DNA of 63,512 bases, counting the filler, from Collodictyon triciliatum (lineage: Eukaryota): NCBI GenBank assembly GCA_043381765.1. It is 10 parts of 10 records of this genome, joined end to end, with 100 filler letters (N's around TTAATTAATTAA, not from the genome) between each part and the next. Parts side by side here need not be neighbours in the genome. Positions count along the whole stretch, not along the records: positions 34,459 to 41,246 come from JBHJMP010004238.1; positions 41,347 to 48,126 come from JBHJMP010004239.1; positions 48,227 to 55,004 come from JBHJMP010004240.1; 7 more parts are not named here. One strand, given 5' to 3'. Under the pieces are notes generated by a model that did no database searches, had not been told where the DNA came from, and saw only the letters and a program-made list of their open reading frames with translations. This document shows, piece by piece, positions 37,401-50,274 of the stretch (the stretch's first letter is position 1; every line of letters begins with the position of its first letter). A program made the position numbers and the translations under genes.

Positions 37401-40400
37401 ATAAACAAGCTCTGATTGAATACACAAAAGCCATGGAAATCCGCCAAAAGAAAGTCGGAAACGAGCATCCTCTTGTCGCAACATCGTACCAGAACTATGG
37501 CCATGTCTCCTTGGCTGGGAAAAAGTAGCACATTCATTCATTAAAGACAGTTCTACATATAATTATGATAATTTTGAGAAATATTAATCTGATTGAATCA
37601 CTAAGATATGAAGAGTCTGTTGAAAACTACGAAAAGGCGAAATCAATCCTTGAAAAATCGCTGGGAGCTAAGCATGCATCTGTTGCCTCGACAATCCAGT
37701 TCATTGCGAACGTTCATCTCGCCAGTGGAAAGTTTGGTTCAATAGATTTCAGATTATTTTCATACAATAATTTTTTTCTTTCAATTTTTGCCAGATGGGT
37801 TTGGTTTCATATATTTCATTTGTATGGACTCTATTTGAAGTTTAAAATTATGCATAAGATTACCCTAACTAAATAAATATCAAATAACTATCATCTTATA
37901 TAGGAAAACTGAGGCCTTGTCCTCATTAAAGCAATCGCTGGATATTTTCATGTCTGCCCTGGATGAAAATCATCCGAATGTTGTGGCCTGCTATGAAATG
38001 ATTGGAGATATCAGCCATGATTTGAAGGAGTATCTCTTTATGAATTATTTTTATTTTTAATTGAAAAGAATAATGTATTTACACACATTATCCTAGTTTT
38101 AAGGGTGCTTTAGAGGCGTATATAAAGACGCTGGATATTCGCGTGAGAACATTGGGCGAAAGACATGCTGATTATGCGACTTCTCTGGAGAATGTTGGCC
38201 GAACAAACTTTGAGCTTAAAAGGTTATTTCTCTATTTGTTAAAAAAATCGAATAATTTGATTAATTATTGTAAAACATACATATATTCACTAAGGCGCAT
38301 GCATCTAGATTGGACCAAGTCGTTGAATACTTCCAGAAGGCTCTTGTTATCAGAAAGGAGACAAGCACTGCCATATCATTGAAAGACGGTTCACAATGTA
38401 CAAGAATTGCGAAACTTATGAAGGAAAAAGACCACGAAGCCGCTATTCAGCTTAACAAAACAGCCGCTGTTAGACATGGTGAAAAGTCATCCTATGAAAA
38501 CTGGGACTGCTGGGTGGCTTGTGAGAATGCAGATAAGATTTACAAGGAACTGAAGCAGCATAAAGAAGGCGCAGCATTCTGGGCTGAGATGAGAGACATA
38601 TTCGCCGATAAACTCGGATGGATTCACCCCAGAACATTGAATTCATGCGAATACTTGTCCGTCCATTCAAATGAAATCGAAATCAACAAAGAGCCCGCCG
38701 AGTATACAAGAGTCAAGGAATTCATCAGTGAAACTCTTGATGATGCAAAGCTGGATGAGGAATGGAATCGTGAACAAATCATTGCATCATTATTCAGAAT
38801 TGTCTACATGTCAAAGACTGATGAGAGCAAATCAAAGGCTGCATCTGATGCAATCACACTTTTGAATTTCATGAATGTTTCGTTCGATGGAATGGATTTA
38901 TCAAACATCAAAATTGCAAATGCAAATCTCAGTAACTCAATCCTTGATGGTGCAAACCTCACTGCTGCCAACTTGGATGGTGTTGATTTCACGAATTCGA
39001 TGCTTGGTGATTGTATTTTTGATGGTGCAAATATGAATGATGTGAAATTCGGAATTCCTCACGATAAACTAGAAGGACATACAAATCATGTCAAGAGTGT
39101 TTGCAGTATTCAAGGACCGAATGGTGAAAACTGGTTGGCTTCTGGAAGTGGTGATAACAATGTACGTATTTGGGATGTAGCCACAGGAAACCAAATCAAA
39201 ATATTAGAAGGTCATGCAAGCGCTGTCAATAGTGTTTGCAGCATTCAAGGACCGAATGGCGAAAAGTGGTTGGCTTCTGGAAGTGAAGATAAGACAATAC
39301 GAATTTGGGATATGGCCACAGGAAACCAAAACAAAATATTAGAAGGACATAGAAATGCTGTCATGAGTGTTTGCAGCATTCAAGGACCGAATAGAGATAA
39401 TTGGTTAGCTTCTGGAAGTGATGATAAAACAATACGTATTTGGGATGTAGCCACAGGAACCCAAATCAAAATATTAGAAGGTCATGCAAGTTGGGTCAAT
39501 ATTGTTTGCAGCATTCAAGGACCGAATGGTGAAAACTGGTTGGCTTCTGGAAGTGGTGATAAATCGATACGCATATGGGATGTACCCACAGGAAACCAAA
39601 TCAAAACACTAGAAGGTCATACAAGTGCTGTCATGAGTGTTTGCAGCATTCAAGGACCGAATAGAGATAATTGGTTGGCTTCTGGAAGCGAAGATAGGAC
39701 AATACGTATTTGGGATGTAGCCACAGGAAACCAAATCAAAACACTAGAAGGTCATACAAGTTGGGTCAATAGTGTTTTTAGTATTCAAGGACCGAATGGT
39801 GAAAACTGGTTGGCTTCTGGAAGTCGTGATAGTACAATAAGCATTTGGGATGTAGCCACAGGAAACCAAATCAAAATATTAGAAGGACATAGAAATGCTG
39901 TCATGAGTGTTTGCAGCATTCAAGGACCGAATGGTGAAAATTGGTTGGTTTCTGGAAGTGCTGATAAAACAATACATATTTGGGATTTAGACACAGGAAA
40001 TCAAACAAACAGCCTGCAAAAACTAGAAGTGACCTACACCCAGGGAAAATACCTCGCCAATAAAAAAAACACAGATGAACTCATCGCAGTATTCAACAGA
40101 ACAAGCGATGCGGTGAACATGATTGATACCAACAGAATCCAAGATGCAAAGACAGTCCAGATTATCGGCCCAAGAAAGCTGCAAGATGGAAGCATCCAAA
40201 TCAGAAATGTCACGGGATTGAGTCAATTCAACAAATCCCTTTTCCTTTCAATCGGAGCTGTTTCCTTTGATGCGGACTTTGCTGCCTATTGTGAGCAGGG
40301 TAAGTTCACCAAGTACCAGGCTCAAATGATGGCTGAGTGCTATGAGAATGGATGGGGTGTTGAGAAGGACACCGAAAAAGCAGCTGAGTGGAGACAGAAA

Positions 40401-40412
40401 GCCACAGCTTGA
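34465..40412 (+). CDS. NLR-like STAND NTPase - TPR array - pentapeptide repeats - 7 WD40 - SEL1 protein, 5' truncated
   Basis: Walker A AESGIGKS, HVFFHFVGCT, Walker B FVFLIDAINQ, HPLYLRIILDEVRVFGVYEKL; 126-nt TPR exons. The final exon carries ANLSNSILDGANLTAANL, GH...WD repeats and CYENGWGVEKD. Confidence 0.88.
39069..40000 (+). repeat. Seven near-identical 135-bp coding repeats (45-aa WD40 blades)
   Basis: LEGH units start at 39069, 39204, 39339, 39474, 39609, 39744 and 39879. Confidence 0.93.
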
Positions 40413-40978
40413 CAAGGTAAGTAGTGGTATAAATGCATATTAATATATGTTCTCTAACTATATTTTGAATCGAATAAAGGAAAAAAAATGTTCTCTAACT
40501 ATATTCATTTTAGATGGAGAGATTCTCTGGGTTTTTTTCAAGCAGACCTCCGCTTTTTTCCCACAAGGACGCTCCATCAAAATAGAATAAAACCATAAAA
40601 AATGAAAGTAAAGCTGATTGACCTGTATGGTATTATTATCTATATAATATAGAGATAATAATTCCACAATCTGTGCATTTTTCTCTTTTTTTCTTTTTTC
40701 TTTTTTTTTTCCTTTTCGTTTTTCGTTTTTCGTTTTTCGTTTTTCGTTTTTCGTTTTTCGTATTTCGTATTTCCTTATCTTTCTCTTCTTTCTTTTCTTT
40801 TTTTTATTCAGTAGACAAAGAATTGCCCCTTCATTGTCTCTCTGTTATCGTGTTTAATTGCAATGAGCCACTACCCAAACCAGAGAAGCCAACCTACGCC
40901 CAGCCATTTCATATCAGCTGTGCTTTGATTATCACTTTGGATTTATTTCTTTCTCTTCGATCACGCCTGGTTTAACAC

Positions 40979-41246
40979 ATGGAGCCCGACTCGAGTGTGG
41001 GAGTCGAAAGCGCAAGCTTGAGACAAACACACTCGAACGCACGAGAATCGAGTACACAACCCGACCAAGGCCCCTCAGCCACACCGATGCGCCGATCAAA
41101 GAGAGCCCAGGAGCTGAACCTGTACGGAGCCGACTGCTACGTCCGCCTTCGAGGTAAGCACAAACTGCCCCAGAACCACGAAGCCCGCAACCAAGCGAAG
41201 AAAGAACTCGCCCAAGTCCTTAAACAACTCAAGTGCTTCGAGGAGA
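40979..41246 (+). CDS. 5' end of an unknown intronless ORF, cut by the contig end
   Basis: Starts with ATG, open for 89 codons up to the gap, and richer in GC than its flank. Confidence 0.35.
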
Positions 41247-41353
41247 NNNNNNNNNNNNNNNNNNNNNNNNNNNNNNNNNNNNNNNNNNNNTTAATTAATT
41301 AANNNNNNNNNNNNNNNNNNNNNNNNNNNNNNNNNNNNNNNNNNNNCTCCCCA

Positions 41354-44300
41354 GAAATACGGTACGAAGCTCTTCTACTCTGTATGATGACTCTGCACCA
41401 ATGACTTTTGTTCCGTTTCTACGATATATATATATATATATTGTTGGCTGCTCCACTCATCTAATATCTGCGAGTAAGCAGCTCAAACATGATTCCTTTC
41501 GAGAAAAATAACAAAAGGCATTTTCAGCTCTCCGAAAAAAAAACATTTTGGAATATATAATCACATGTTGCTGTTCGACTTTGGACTTGAAAATGGAACA
41601 AATCATGCAATCCCAATCAATTTAGTTCAGATGAGAATTCAATAAAACATTTCCTATTCGACAGAGCAAGATTTTGTATTTCATCCACGCTCCTCCTCCT
41701 CCTACCAAATTCTCACACCAAGGAGAATCGACCTTGAAGACGATATTGAAATTGAGGTATTGGCACAGTCTTTTCTTTTTAAAAATAAAAATATGCTAGT
41801 AAAAGGATGAGAATCCGCTTTTTGTTAAGTTTTCACACTGCAGGCTCAGAGTATCAAAATATATATCACTTTGGTCTCTCTCATAGTTTACTTTCATGAT
41901 AAACATGAGATATTTGATTTTTCCTAATCGAAAAAAAAAACATAATAAAGAAAATAAAATTGACGATGAAATTTATTGAAAAGAAAAAAATGCAGAAAAT
42001 GGAATCATACCAACCGCATTATATGTGATATTCTTGTAATATGCCAACAAGTAAATCATGTAGAATCTTACGATGATGCAAGACCCTGCCAATCAGAGCT
42101 ATCGTATTCAGGCTCCTCAAACATCTACGGAACCTCTTATCTCCGAGATTCAACACCTTAAAGTATTTCTTCATTTGTTAATTTCGAACGTTTTTTTTTT
42201 TTTAGAGTTCCATTATTTAGTATCAGATTAGGTGCAAATCATCATTTATGTTTTTTTTTGTTTTACCTTAAATTCACACATATTTACGAAGACTTATGAT
42301 TGATTCATCGCTTCTCAATTAATTGGTTATATGTAACCTCTTAATGAAATCTTAGAAACTCAATGATATAACCAATCGCCAACTGCTGATAGTCACTGAG
42401 CAACATTCAAAAGCTCAAACAGCTTTGAATATCCAAGGATACGAGGTTTGGCATACTTTTAATCATGAAAATATGAGAAAAAATTAATAAAAAGAAAAAA
42501 TTAATCATACAAGAATTGTCAATTTCTTTTCTATATCCAATCAACGAAGTCATGGAGATTGAGTTGTAAACAGAATAGAATAATACTTGCATTTTTTTCT
42601 TGGGCAGCATTCTTGTGATGCCTCGATTTTATAGTCTCCTTTTTTAATACTACATTCTTCAATTTATTTTCCAATCTGTTAGTTGAATCAAAAAATCGAG
42701 GTTATGGAGAAAGAATTTGAGGTCATACGAGATTCCAATCTGAGAGACAGGCAGGTTTGTGTGTGCTGTCATTTGGTATCCATCCCGAATTTTTCCATTT
42801 TTTAAGAGTTTTACTACAAAAATAAATGATAAAGAATACCTATAGAAAGCACGATTGATGATATGATGTTTATATAGACAATCGTCAATAATATGTACCT
42901 TTTTCTTTCATTTTTATTACCTTTTAACAGTATGTATGTACGACACATAGGACCTTGAGAATCAGCGAAGATTGTCATCAAATTTAAAAGATCAAGTGTC
43001 TCTCAAGGACGCGGAGATTGCGCATTTACAAAAGGTATCTATGCGATTATAATAAAAATAAAATAAAAATATGACCAAGTAAGGAATGTTATTTCCTTCT
43101 TTGTTTTATGAATATCAACCACTTTTAGTCCATAGGGATTGCGCACTATTAAATCATTATTATAATTATCTTTATCAAGCTATAGTTTTAGTAGAGATAC
43201 TGTAATAAAGGAGGATATTATTATATACTTTCCAACCATTCGTCCTAGATGATTCATGAAATCAGCAGGGACAAAACCGAGTTACAAAACAAGCTTCAAG
43301 TAACTATGACACAAGAACGTGAAAGTGTAAGGCACTGCTCAGACAAAAAGAGGATATGTTAACTAATATATATTTTGTATGATTTTTTCGTCGTATTTTT
43401 TACTTTATGAAAAGATTGACAATGCCGCAGTCGAAGGCACATCTATCGACATAAAAATTATCCATGATTGGGGGTGCTATATTATTCTTTTCTTACAATC
43501 ATCGCACAAATTCATGCAGAAATTCAGCGAGTCATCAGAATATGAGAACCTTTTAGCAGAGAAATTAAAGAACGAGAAGAAAATGTCGAAGAGAATACAT
43601 GTCTACGAACAACAAATCGAATCGATGAGGCAACAAATAGATACGATTAAAAACGTCAAATCATTATTGGAGACCAAGGTGTAATTTCCCATCCTAATAA
43701 CATTTTCCTTGGAGAATCAGAGTGGAGTGACTTTTCTTTTCATGGATTAAATCCTACCCCCTTCCATAGTGCGACGAACTTCAAAAAAAATTGAAGCTCT
43801 CTGAGGCTGAAGTTGCAAAACTCAATCTAGACCTAGAATCAAAGAACAAGGAAATAGGGCTTCTTTCTCGACATCGCATCCACTCTAACGAGAAATTCAC
43901 ATGCAACCCCAAAACACTATTTACCATTTGGGATGATAGTGTAGGTTTTATATAATATAAATTCAGATAGGCTTGTCTGTGCATTTTACTATAGAATGTA
44001 CTTGTATTCAACCGAATTTACGATGGTGTTTTGATTCAGCTCATTCCATTTTACTTGCATCTGTTGTTTCATTTTGACAGGCTGTCATGTGTAGTGCCGA
44101 AGAGTCAGGTACTAAAGGAGACCCACCTCTAATGCATGGCGAGGCGAACCCGCAGCTGATGGACACGGTCGCCCAGCTGAAGTCCTACGTCCAGGATATC
44201 GAGCAGGCCTATCGCTCCAGATTGTTTGAGATGGAGAAAGAGAATCATGAACTTTCTTACCGCTTGCAAAATAGACCTAGGTCCGACAGGAACATCCCTC

Positions 44301-45657
44301 CTCCGATTCGAGTTTCATCAAACGTAATTCACTATTTTGTCCAAAAATGTAACATGAGTTGAAATTTTTTATTTATATACACAAAAGCGTTGCGATTGAA
44401 GGGGGAAAAAATTTTTTTTTGAAGTTTTGGGAATTTAATTTTCATAGTTATTCATATCCTGCAACTTAACAGAGCTTAGTGGCTACGGTAGAATCGTCCA
44501 ATATGGTTCCATTGAACGAACCTGCGCTACGCTTTCCGCCAGGAACATCCACGACATGGTATGAGGGCATTTCCCCTTCATATCGCTCAATCGAGGTTTG
44601 TCTCTGGGTTATTGGTCCGGTCATGCGAACAGAGAACCCAATACCTTGTCTGTCTTTTCCTCATTCGCAATTATTTTATCCATAAGAATGTATTTGACAC
44701 TTGAGGTAAAGAGTGATTTATCTTAATTTGCAATCACTTTCGACGCAATGGGTATTTAAATCCCATCTATTTCAATAAAATAAAACGTAATTGATACGAT
44801 AATTGAAATGGCGCAGAGCTTCAGCCAACCGTCATCCAGTACGGCTATAGAGGCCCGAAGACTACAGGAATTGCTGGTTGAAACGCAGAAGGAGAAGGTT
44901 GAGCTGAACCGGCTCTTGAATGAGGTATCAATTGTGATAAATCTGGACATCCCTTTAGAATTTCATAATGTTTCGTCATGATTCTAAACGTCTGACGTAT
45001 TTCCCTGAGGAATCATTCTGTTTAGACAGAACAAAATAATATGTAAAATGCAAGCGATAGAATTCACAACTTTTTGGCAATTCATTTATTTCAATCGTTT
45101 TCCTTGCCTGCCGATGCCACCTTAACTAGGCATCTCACCAAAGAGAGGAATCAGCCCGACAACACGACACCAAAATCAAAAGTCTGGAGGACAAGGTAGA
45201 GGCCATGTGCAGGCTTTTTTCCCAAGTAGAACATGGAGCGACCGAAGACAAGTATGATTTTGCTAGATTGATATGTCCAGTTGAGAGGCTCAGGTCATAA
45301 CACAGCCCTGGTTTCCTCCCATACAGTAGTGATGGGAATATGGCAGAGATTTCAAAGGGGCGTTCCAACGCAGGGACTGCCGGGCTTATGGATGCCACAA
45401 ACAAGCAGGACACACGGCAGGGTGCGCATCCAAAGAGCTCGATTCCCCCGTTAGTTGTCGGTAAGCAGTTCGATAGATAACGCGCTGTGTTGAGGCCAGA
45501 AAGGGTGTCTGCAAACGAGCTTAGAATTTTCCAGGCAAAGGCGTAAGTTTCATGCTCACCACGGACGATGTTACTCTCTGTTTGCAGAAGGACAGAAGAG
45601 ACCGAGCCCTAAGTTGCTTGAAGCTGACACGCCGCTGCCCCGTGGGCATCCGATGAC
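41354..45657 (+). CDS. Multi-exon coiled-coil protein of unknown function; ends approximate
   Basis: GT-AG exons encoding heptads (LNQKIEVMEKEFEVI, YEQQIESMRQQIDTIK, LQELLVETQKEKVELNRLLNE). Confidence 0.6.
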
Positions 45658-46137
45658 ACTCTGAGCTGGCTTTCGTGCCCGGCGGCCATCTGCTTTCCCA
45701 ACCCTACTTGAGCCGTGTTGTGGGGTGCTGGCTGTGACTCACGCGACGTTCTCTGTAAACCTTTGCTGTTGGTACTTGTATGAGTGTGCTCTCTTTGTCG
45801 CTCGAGGCTGTGGCTTTTGTGTGCTGGTGTGGAACGAGTCGAAACCTGGAAGTGGTGGATGCAACTCGTGGAAGTATGGCTGACTATTGCAATCAGACCT
45901 CGACAAGAGCGAGCAGAGAGCGAGCATTATGCAAAAGATGACTTTGGCGTGATGGCACAGACGGACGGAGGGGAGGCGACAGGGAGAAAGAAACATGCCC
46001 TCTATTTTTTGTGTGAGGTAGAAAAAAAAACATGAATCCTTCGAGGCAACTTTAAGGCGTATTTATTGAGGCAGACACTAAGCCAGACCGACGAAGTAAC
46101 AGAGAGGCCGGGAGGAAGGATGCGGAGCCATGGCGGA

Positions 46138-47916
46138 TTATCGGTAGACATAGTTGAGGAGCGCTGCAAGGCGGACACCAGCACGAGCGACCTGCTTCTC
46201 GCTGACCTCCCACTGGATATAGGCAGAGATAGAGTGAGTTTGGTGGAAACACAGGGCAGACAGCTGGGAAGGCGTGCCAGGGGCTGAGAGACTTACAGTG
46301 TAATTGTAGTAGTCGTCTCCGAGCTGCGCGTTGTTGGAGACCCCCTGCAAAAATGCAAGTGTGTGAATGGATTGGGAGGGGCGCCTTGACAGGGATGGAC
46401 AATGTGGATTGCTTGTGGAAAAACGCATACGCGATAGGCGTGCGAGCAGCACAGTCCGGCAGCCTCGTTGGCCCATGTGTATGAGCAGTATCCGTTGGAG
46501 CTGGTGCGTTTCATGAGAAAAGTGGATTAGGGTGTGGGTTTGTCTGGGTGTGGTGTATTTGTAGAAAGGCGAACCTGGAAAAGCCACAGCTTGTCCATGA
46601 GGCAACCTCACCGCTCCATTGGCCGGAAATCTTGCCTTTGATCTCTTTGAAGAGGGCATCCTGTGTTCCGCCGATGAAGGCTGGTGCGCGAGTGTGGTGA
46701 AATTGTGTATGAAATTGTGTGTGATATGATTGTGTGTGAAATTGTGTGTGATGAGATTGTGTGTATGAAATTGTGTGTGTGAAATTGTGTGTGTGAAATT
46801 GTGTATGTGAAATTGTGTGTATGAAATTGTGTGTATGAAATTGTGTGTATGAAATTGTGCGTATGAAATTGTGTGTATGAAATTGTGTGTATGAAATTGT
46901 GTGTATGAAATTGTGTGTGATGGGTGTGTGATGGGTGTGTGATGGGTGTGTGATGGGTGTGTGATGGGTGTGTGATGGGTGTGTGATGGGTGTGTGATGG
47001 GTGTGTGATGGGTGTGATGGGTGTTTGGTGGGTGTGTGATGGGTGGTGGACATACACTTTCTCTTGGAGAGAATGCTGGAGTCCCACACGGCGTGCAGGT
47101 TTGTCCGCGAACCGTACCAGTAAACAGTGATGGAGTTACCACCAAGGTCGCCAGAGTAGCCGACTACAAGTTTTGCGCGTGAGAACAGATAGCATAAGGA
47201 ACGGCGCATTGACAACAACAAAAAAAAAAGTGAGATAATAAAAAGGATAAGCTCGCACGAAGCCCGAAGCAAAGACCAAAAAAAAAAAAAAATAGAGACA
47301 ACATACGAACGTACAAAAATACAAAAGGAAGGAAAGAGACCGTGGAGGGGCTGATGGACATCGACGGCAAAGTGGATGAGGAACTGGAGGGCCTCGGCCT
47401 GGTTGGTGGCGGAGTGGACAATGGTGCGGAGGTCGCTGAGGCTGTTGATGTTGATGCGGCCGCGCAGCAGGACGGGGGCCGGGAGCGACTCGCCAAAGAG
47501 CTGCGTGGTGTAGTTTGCAATGGCGCCGGTGACGCAGCGGTTGGAGGAGCAGTCGCGCGAGTGGCTGTAGCCGCACGAGCCGTCGGGGATGTTGACGTAG
47601 TGGTACGGCCCGCTCCACGGGTACAGCGTGTTGCGCACCTCGTCCGCCCACATCGCCACAGAGGCCATCGAGCGTCCGCCCAGCAGCGACGAGACCTGCC
47701 ATGTCCCGTGAGTCAGCGTTGCTTTCTTTTGTTCTTTTGTTCTTTTGTTCTTTTGTTCTTTTGTTCTTTTGTTCTTTTTCATTTGTTCTTTTTCATTTGT
47801 TCTTTTTCCTTGCGGATGAAAAACATACACGCGACTTGGCTGTCGCAGATAAGCGTTCCTCTGCAATGCGGGCAGCGATCTGGTGACCATCGGTTCCCCA
47901 GACGTCGACTTCAGCA
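46138..47916 (-). CDS. S1/P1 nuclease; signal-peptide exon missing
   Basis: WGTDGH, WADEVR, HYVN, FLIHFAVDVHQPLH, DLGGN, NLHAVWDS and QVARAGVRLAALLN cover the Zn-ligand motifs of the S1/P1 family. Confidence 0.93.
46698..47045. repeat. Compound intronic minisatellite: (GAAATTGTGTGTAT)n plus (GTGTGTGATGG)n
   Basis: 14-bp and 11-bp arrays inside an S1/P1 intron. Confidence 0.9.
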
Positions 47917-48093
47917 CTGCGCATTTTGCTCGTTTTATCTTTTTTCTTTTTTCTTTTTTCTTTTTTCTATTTTCTTTTTTCTTTTTTCTATTTTCTATTT
48001 TCTATTTTCTATTTTCTATTTTCTATTTTCTATTTTCTATTTTCTATTTTCTATTTTCTATTTTCTATTTTCTATTTTCTATTTTCTTTTTTC

Positions 48094-48126
<33 letters not shown>

Positions 48127-48370
48127 NNNNNNNNNNNNNNNNNNNNNNNNNNNNNNNNNNNNNNNNNNNNTTAATTAATTAANNNNNNNNNNNNNNNNNN
48201 NNNNNNNNNNNNNNNNNNNNNNNNNNTGTTATTATTTTATTGTTATTATTTTATTGTTATTATTTTATTGTTATTATTTTATTGTTATTATTTTATTGTT
48301 ATTATTTTATTGTTATTATTTTATTGTTATTATTTTATTGTTATCTTTCTCGCATGCTTTTTTTTTGCAG

Positions 48371-49233
48371 GTATTTGAAATACTCGAAAGTGAAAGCATA
48401 GCATCGCTTCAATGGACTATGTTGATGAATTTGACTATTGTGTCGCTCCTCCTCTACATCGAATGCAGCTCGGGGATGACCCTTTCAAAAGAAAAAATTA
48501 TGCACTCACCTTTATTTCGGCAAAGGAGAGAAATATGTATGAGATGTCTTTGTGCAGAAGCCACAGAGCGGGACATATTCGAAATTGACGGTCCGTCCAT
48601 TCTTTTAAAAATCAATTGTTTGCTGGATAAAGCAAACCGTCTGATTGGGTGTCTTAGCTTTGGGGCTGCAGAAATAGCGCGGCTAAGAGCCTACACGAAG
48701 CTTGTTAGTGGNNNNNNNNNNNNNNNNNNNNNNNNNNNNNNNNNNNNNNNNNNNNNNNNNNNNNNNNNNNNNNNNNNNNNNNNNNNNNNNNNNNNNNNNN
48801 NNNNNNNNNNNNNNNNNNNNNNNNNNNNNNNNNNNNNNNNNNNNNNNNNNNNNNNNNNNNNNNNNNNNNNNNNNNNNNNNNNNNNNNNNNNNNNNNNNNN
48901 NNNNNNNNNNNNNNNNNNNNNNNNNNNNNNNNNNNNNNNNNNNNNNNNNNNNNNNNNNNNNNNNNNNNNNNNNNNNNNNNNNNNNNNNNNNNNNNNNNNN
49001 NNNNNNNNNNNNNNNNNNNNNNNNNNNNNNNNNNNNNNNNNNNNNNNNNNNNNNNNNNNNNNNNNNNNNNNNNNNNNNNNNNNNNNNNNNNNNNNNNNNN
49101 NNNNNNNNNNNNNNNNNNGTCAAAGTCCAAGTCGATTGGAGACACATACGGAGTGATTTGTACTCTGGTGGCGTTGGAAAATCTCGTGCCGCAGCAGTCC
49201 ATGTCTCTGCGACGGTATGCAATCCAAGAATGA
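48371..49233 (+). CDS. Possible terminal exon of an unknown helical protein, spanning an N gap
   Basis: GCAG acceptor followed by an open frame (VFEILESES...) up to the gap; after the gap SKSIGDTYGVICTLVALENL...*. Confidence 0.3.
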
Positions 49234-50274
49234 ATCTCTGAGACACTCTTTTGTCAGCCCCCCGATTCAAATGGGCTTATTGTGCTGTGCAAACCGTCTG
49301 GCATCCTTAAAACCCCATGTGAATTCCACGCAGGTCGTTTCCCGACCCGGCTGACCTGATGAAGCAGATTGGAACCGGCGAGATGCTCGACCACATGCGC
49401 AAAAGGCGCTTTCTATTCTGACTCTATTATTGTTTCTCTCTATCACAGCTGCACTTTCTGCTCATTTCATTTCCTGCTCTTGTCCAATGATAGGCGTATC
49501 ATTGTGTATGCTACCTCTTTCGATATAAATATATATGTAGCAATAATTATGATGAGTGTTTGGTTTTGATTCCCAGTCGTCAATTGATTTGCCAAACCAG
49601 CTTCGTGGATGTCTTTCACCTTTATTACCTTCCATAAATCCTTTCTCGCTCACGGTGTTTTGTGAGGCTTCGCAGTGACCAGAGCGCGGGCCAATAAAAG
49701 TTGAACGGTTCTGACTTTTTGTCCATCTTCTTCGGATTATTATTCTTTCTTTTATCCTTCTCTTGAAAAAAAAACTTTTAGACCCCCAGTATGTACCTGG
49801 AACCCATATAATCGAACCCGTCAGAAGGAGACGATCATACGGAAAAAAAAAAGGAGGAAAAGGAGCAGGAGAAAGTTTGAGAGATGGCCGGGGACTGAGT
49901 GTCTGGAATGTAGTCTGCTGCTTTTATAAAATTAACCTATATCCAGTGAGAGGGGAAAAAGGAAGAAAAAAAAAGACGAAAGGGAAGGGGAAGAGTGAAA
50001 AGGCGAGGTTCGGTGGGGCAAATGGAGCGTTAGAGTTAACACAGCAACAGAGAGAAAGAGAAAGAGAAAGAGAAAGAGAGATATAGTTATGAGGATATAT
50101 AGCGCTTCCTTCAGAAAACTCTGCTGTATCGCAGAATAAGACAAATCAATCAGCGGGTTGTGGTGGGTGAGGCATGAGGAAGGAGATGAAGAAATAACTA
50201 TAGAAAAGAATTATATGAAAGAAACAAGAGAGGAGTGGTCGACAAGAACACATGAGGGAATGACGCACGGTGGA

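Noticed and set aside
46698-47045. Regular repeats resembling a CRISPR or telomeric array
   Set aside because: There are no unique spacers, and the repeats lie inside an S1/P1 intron.
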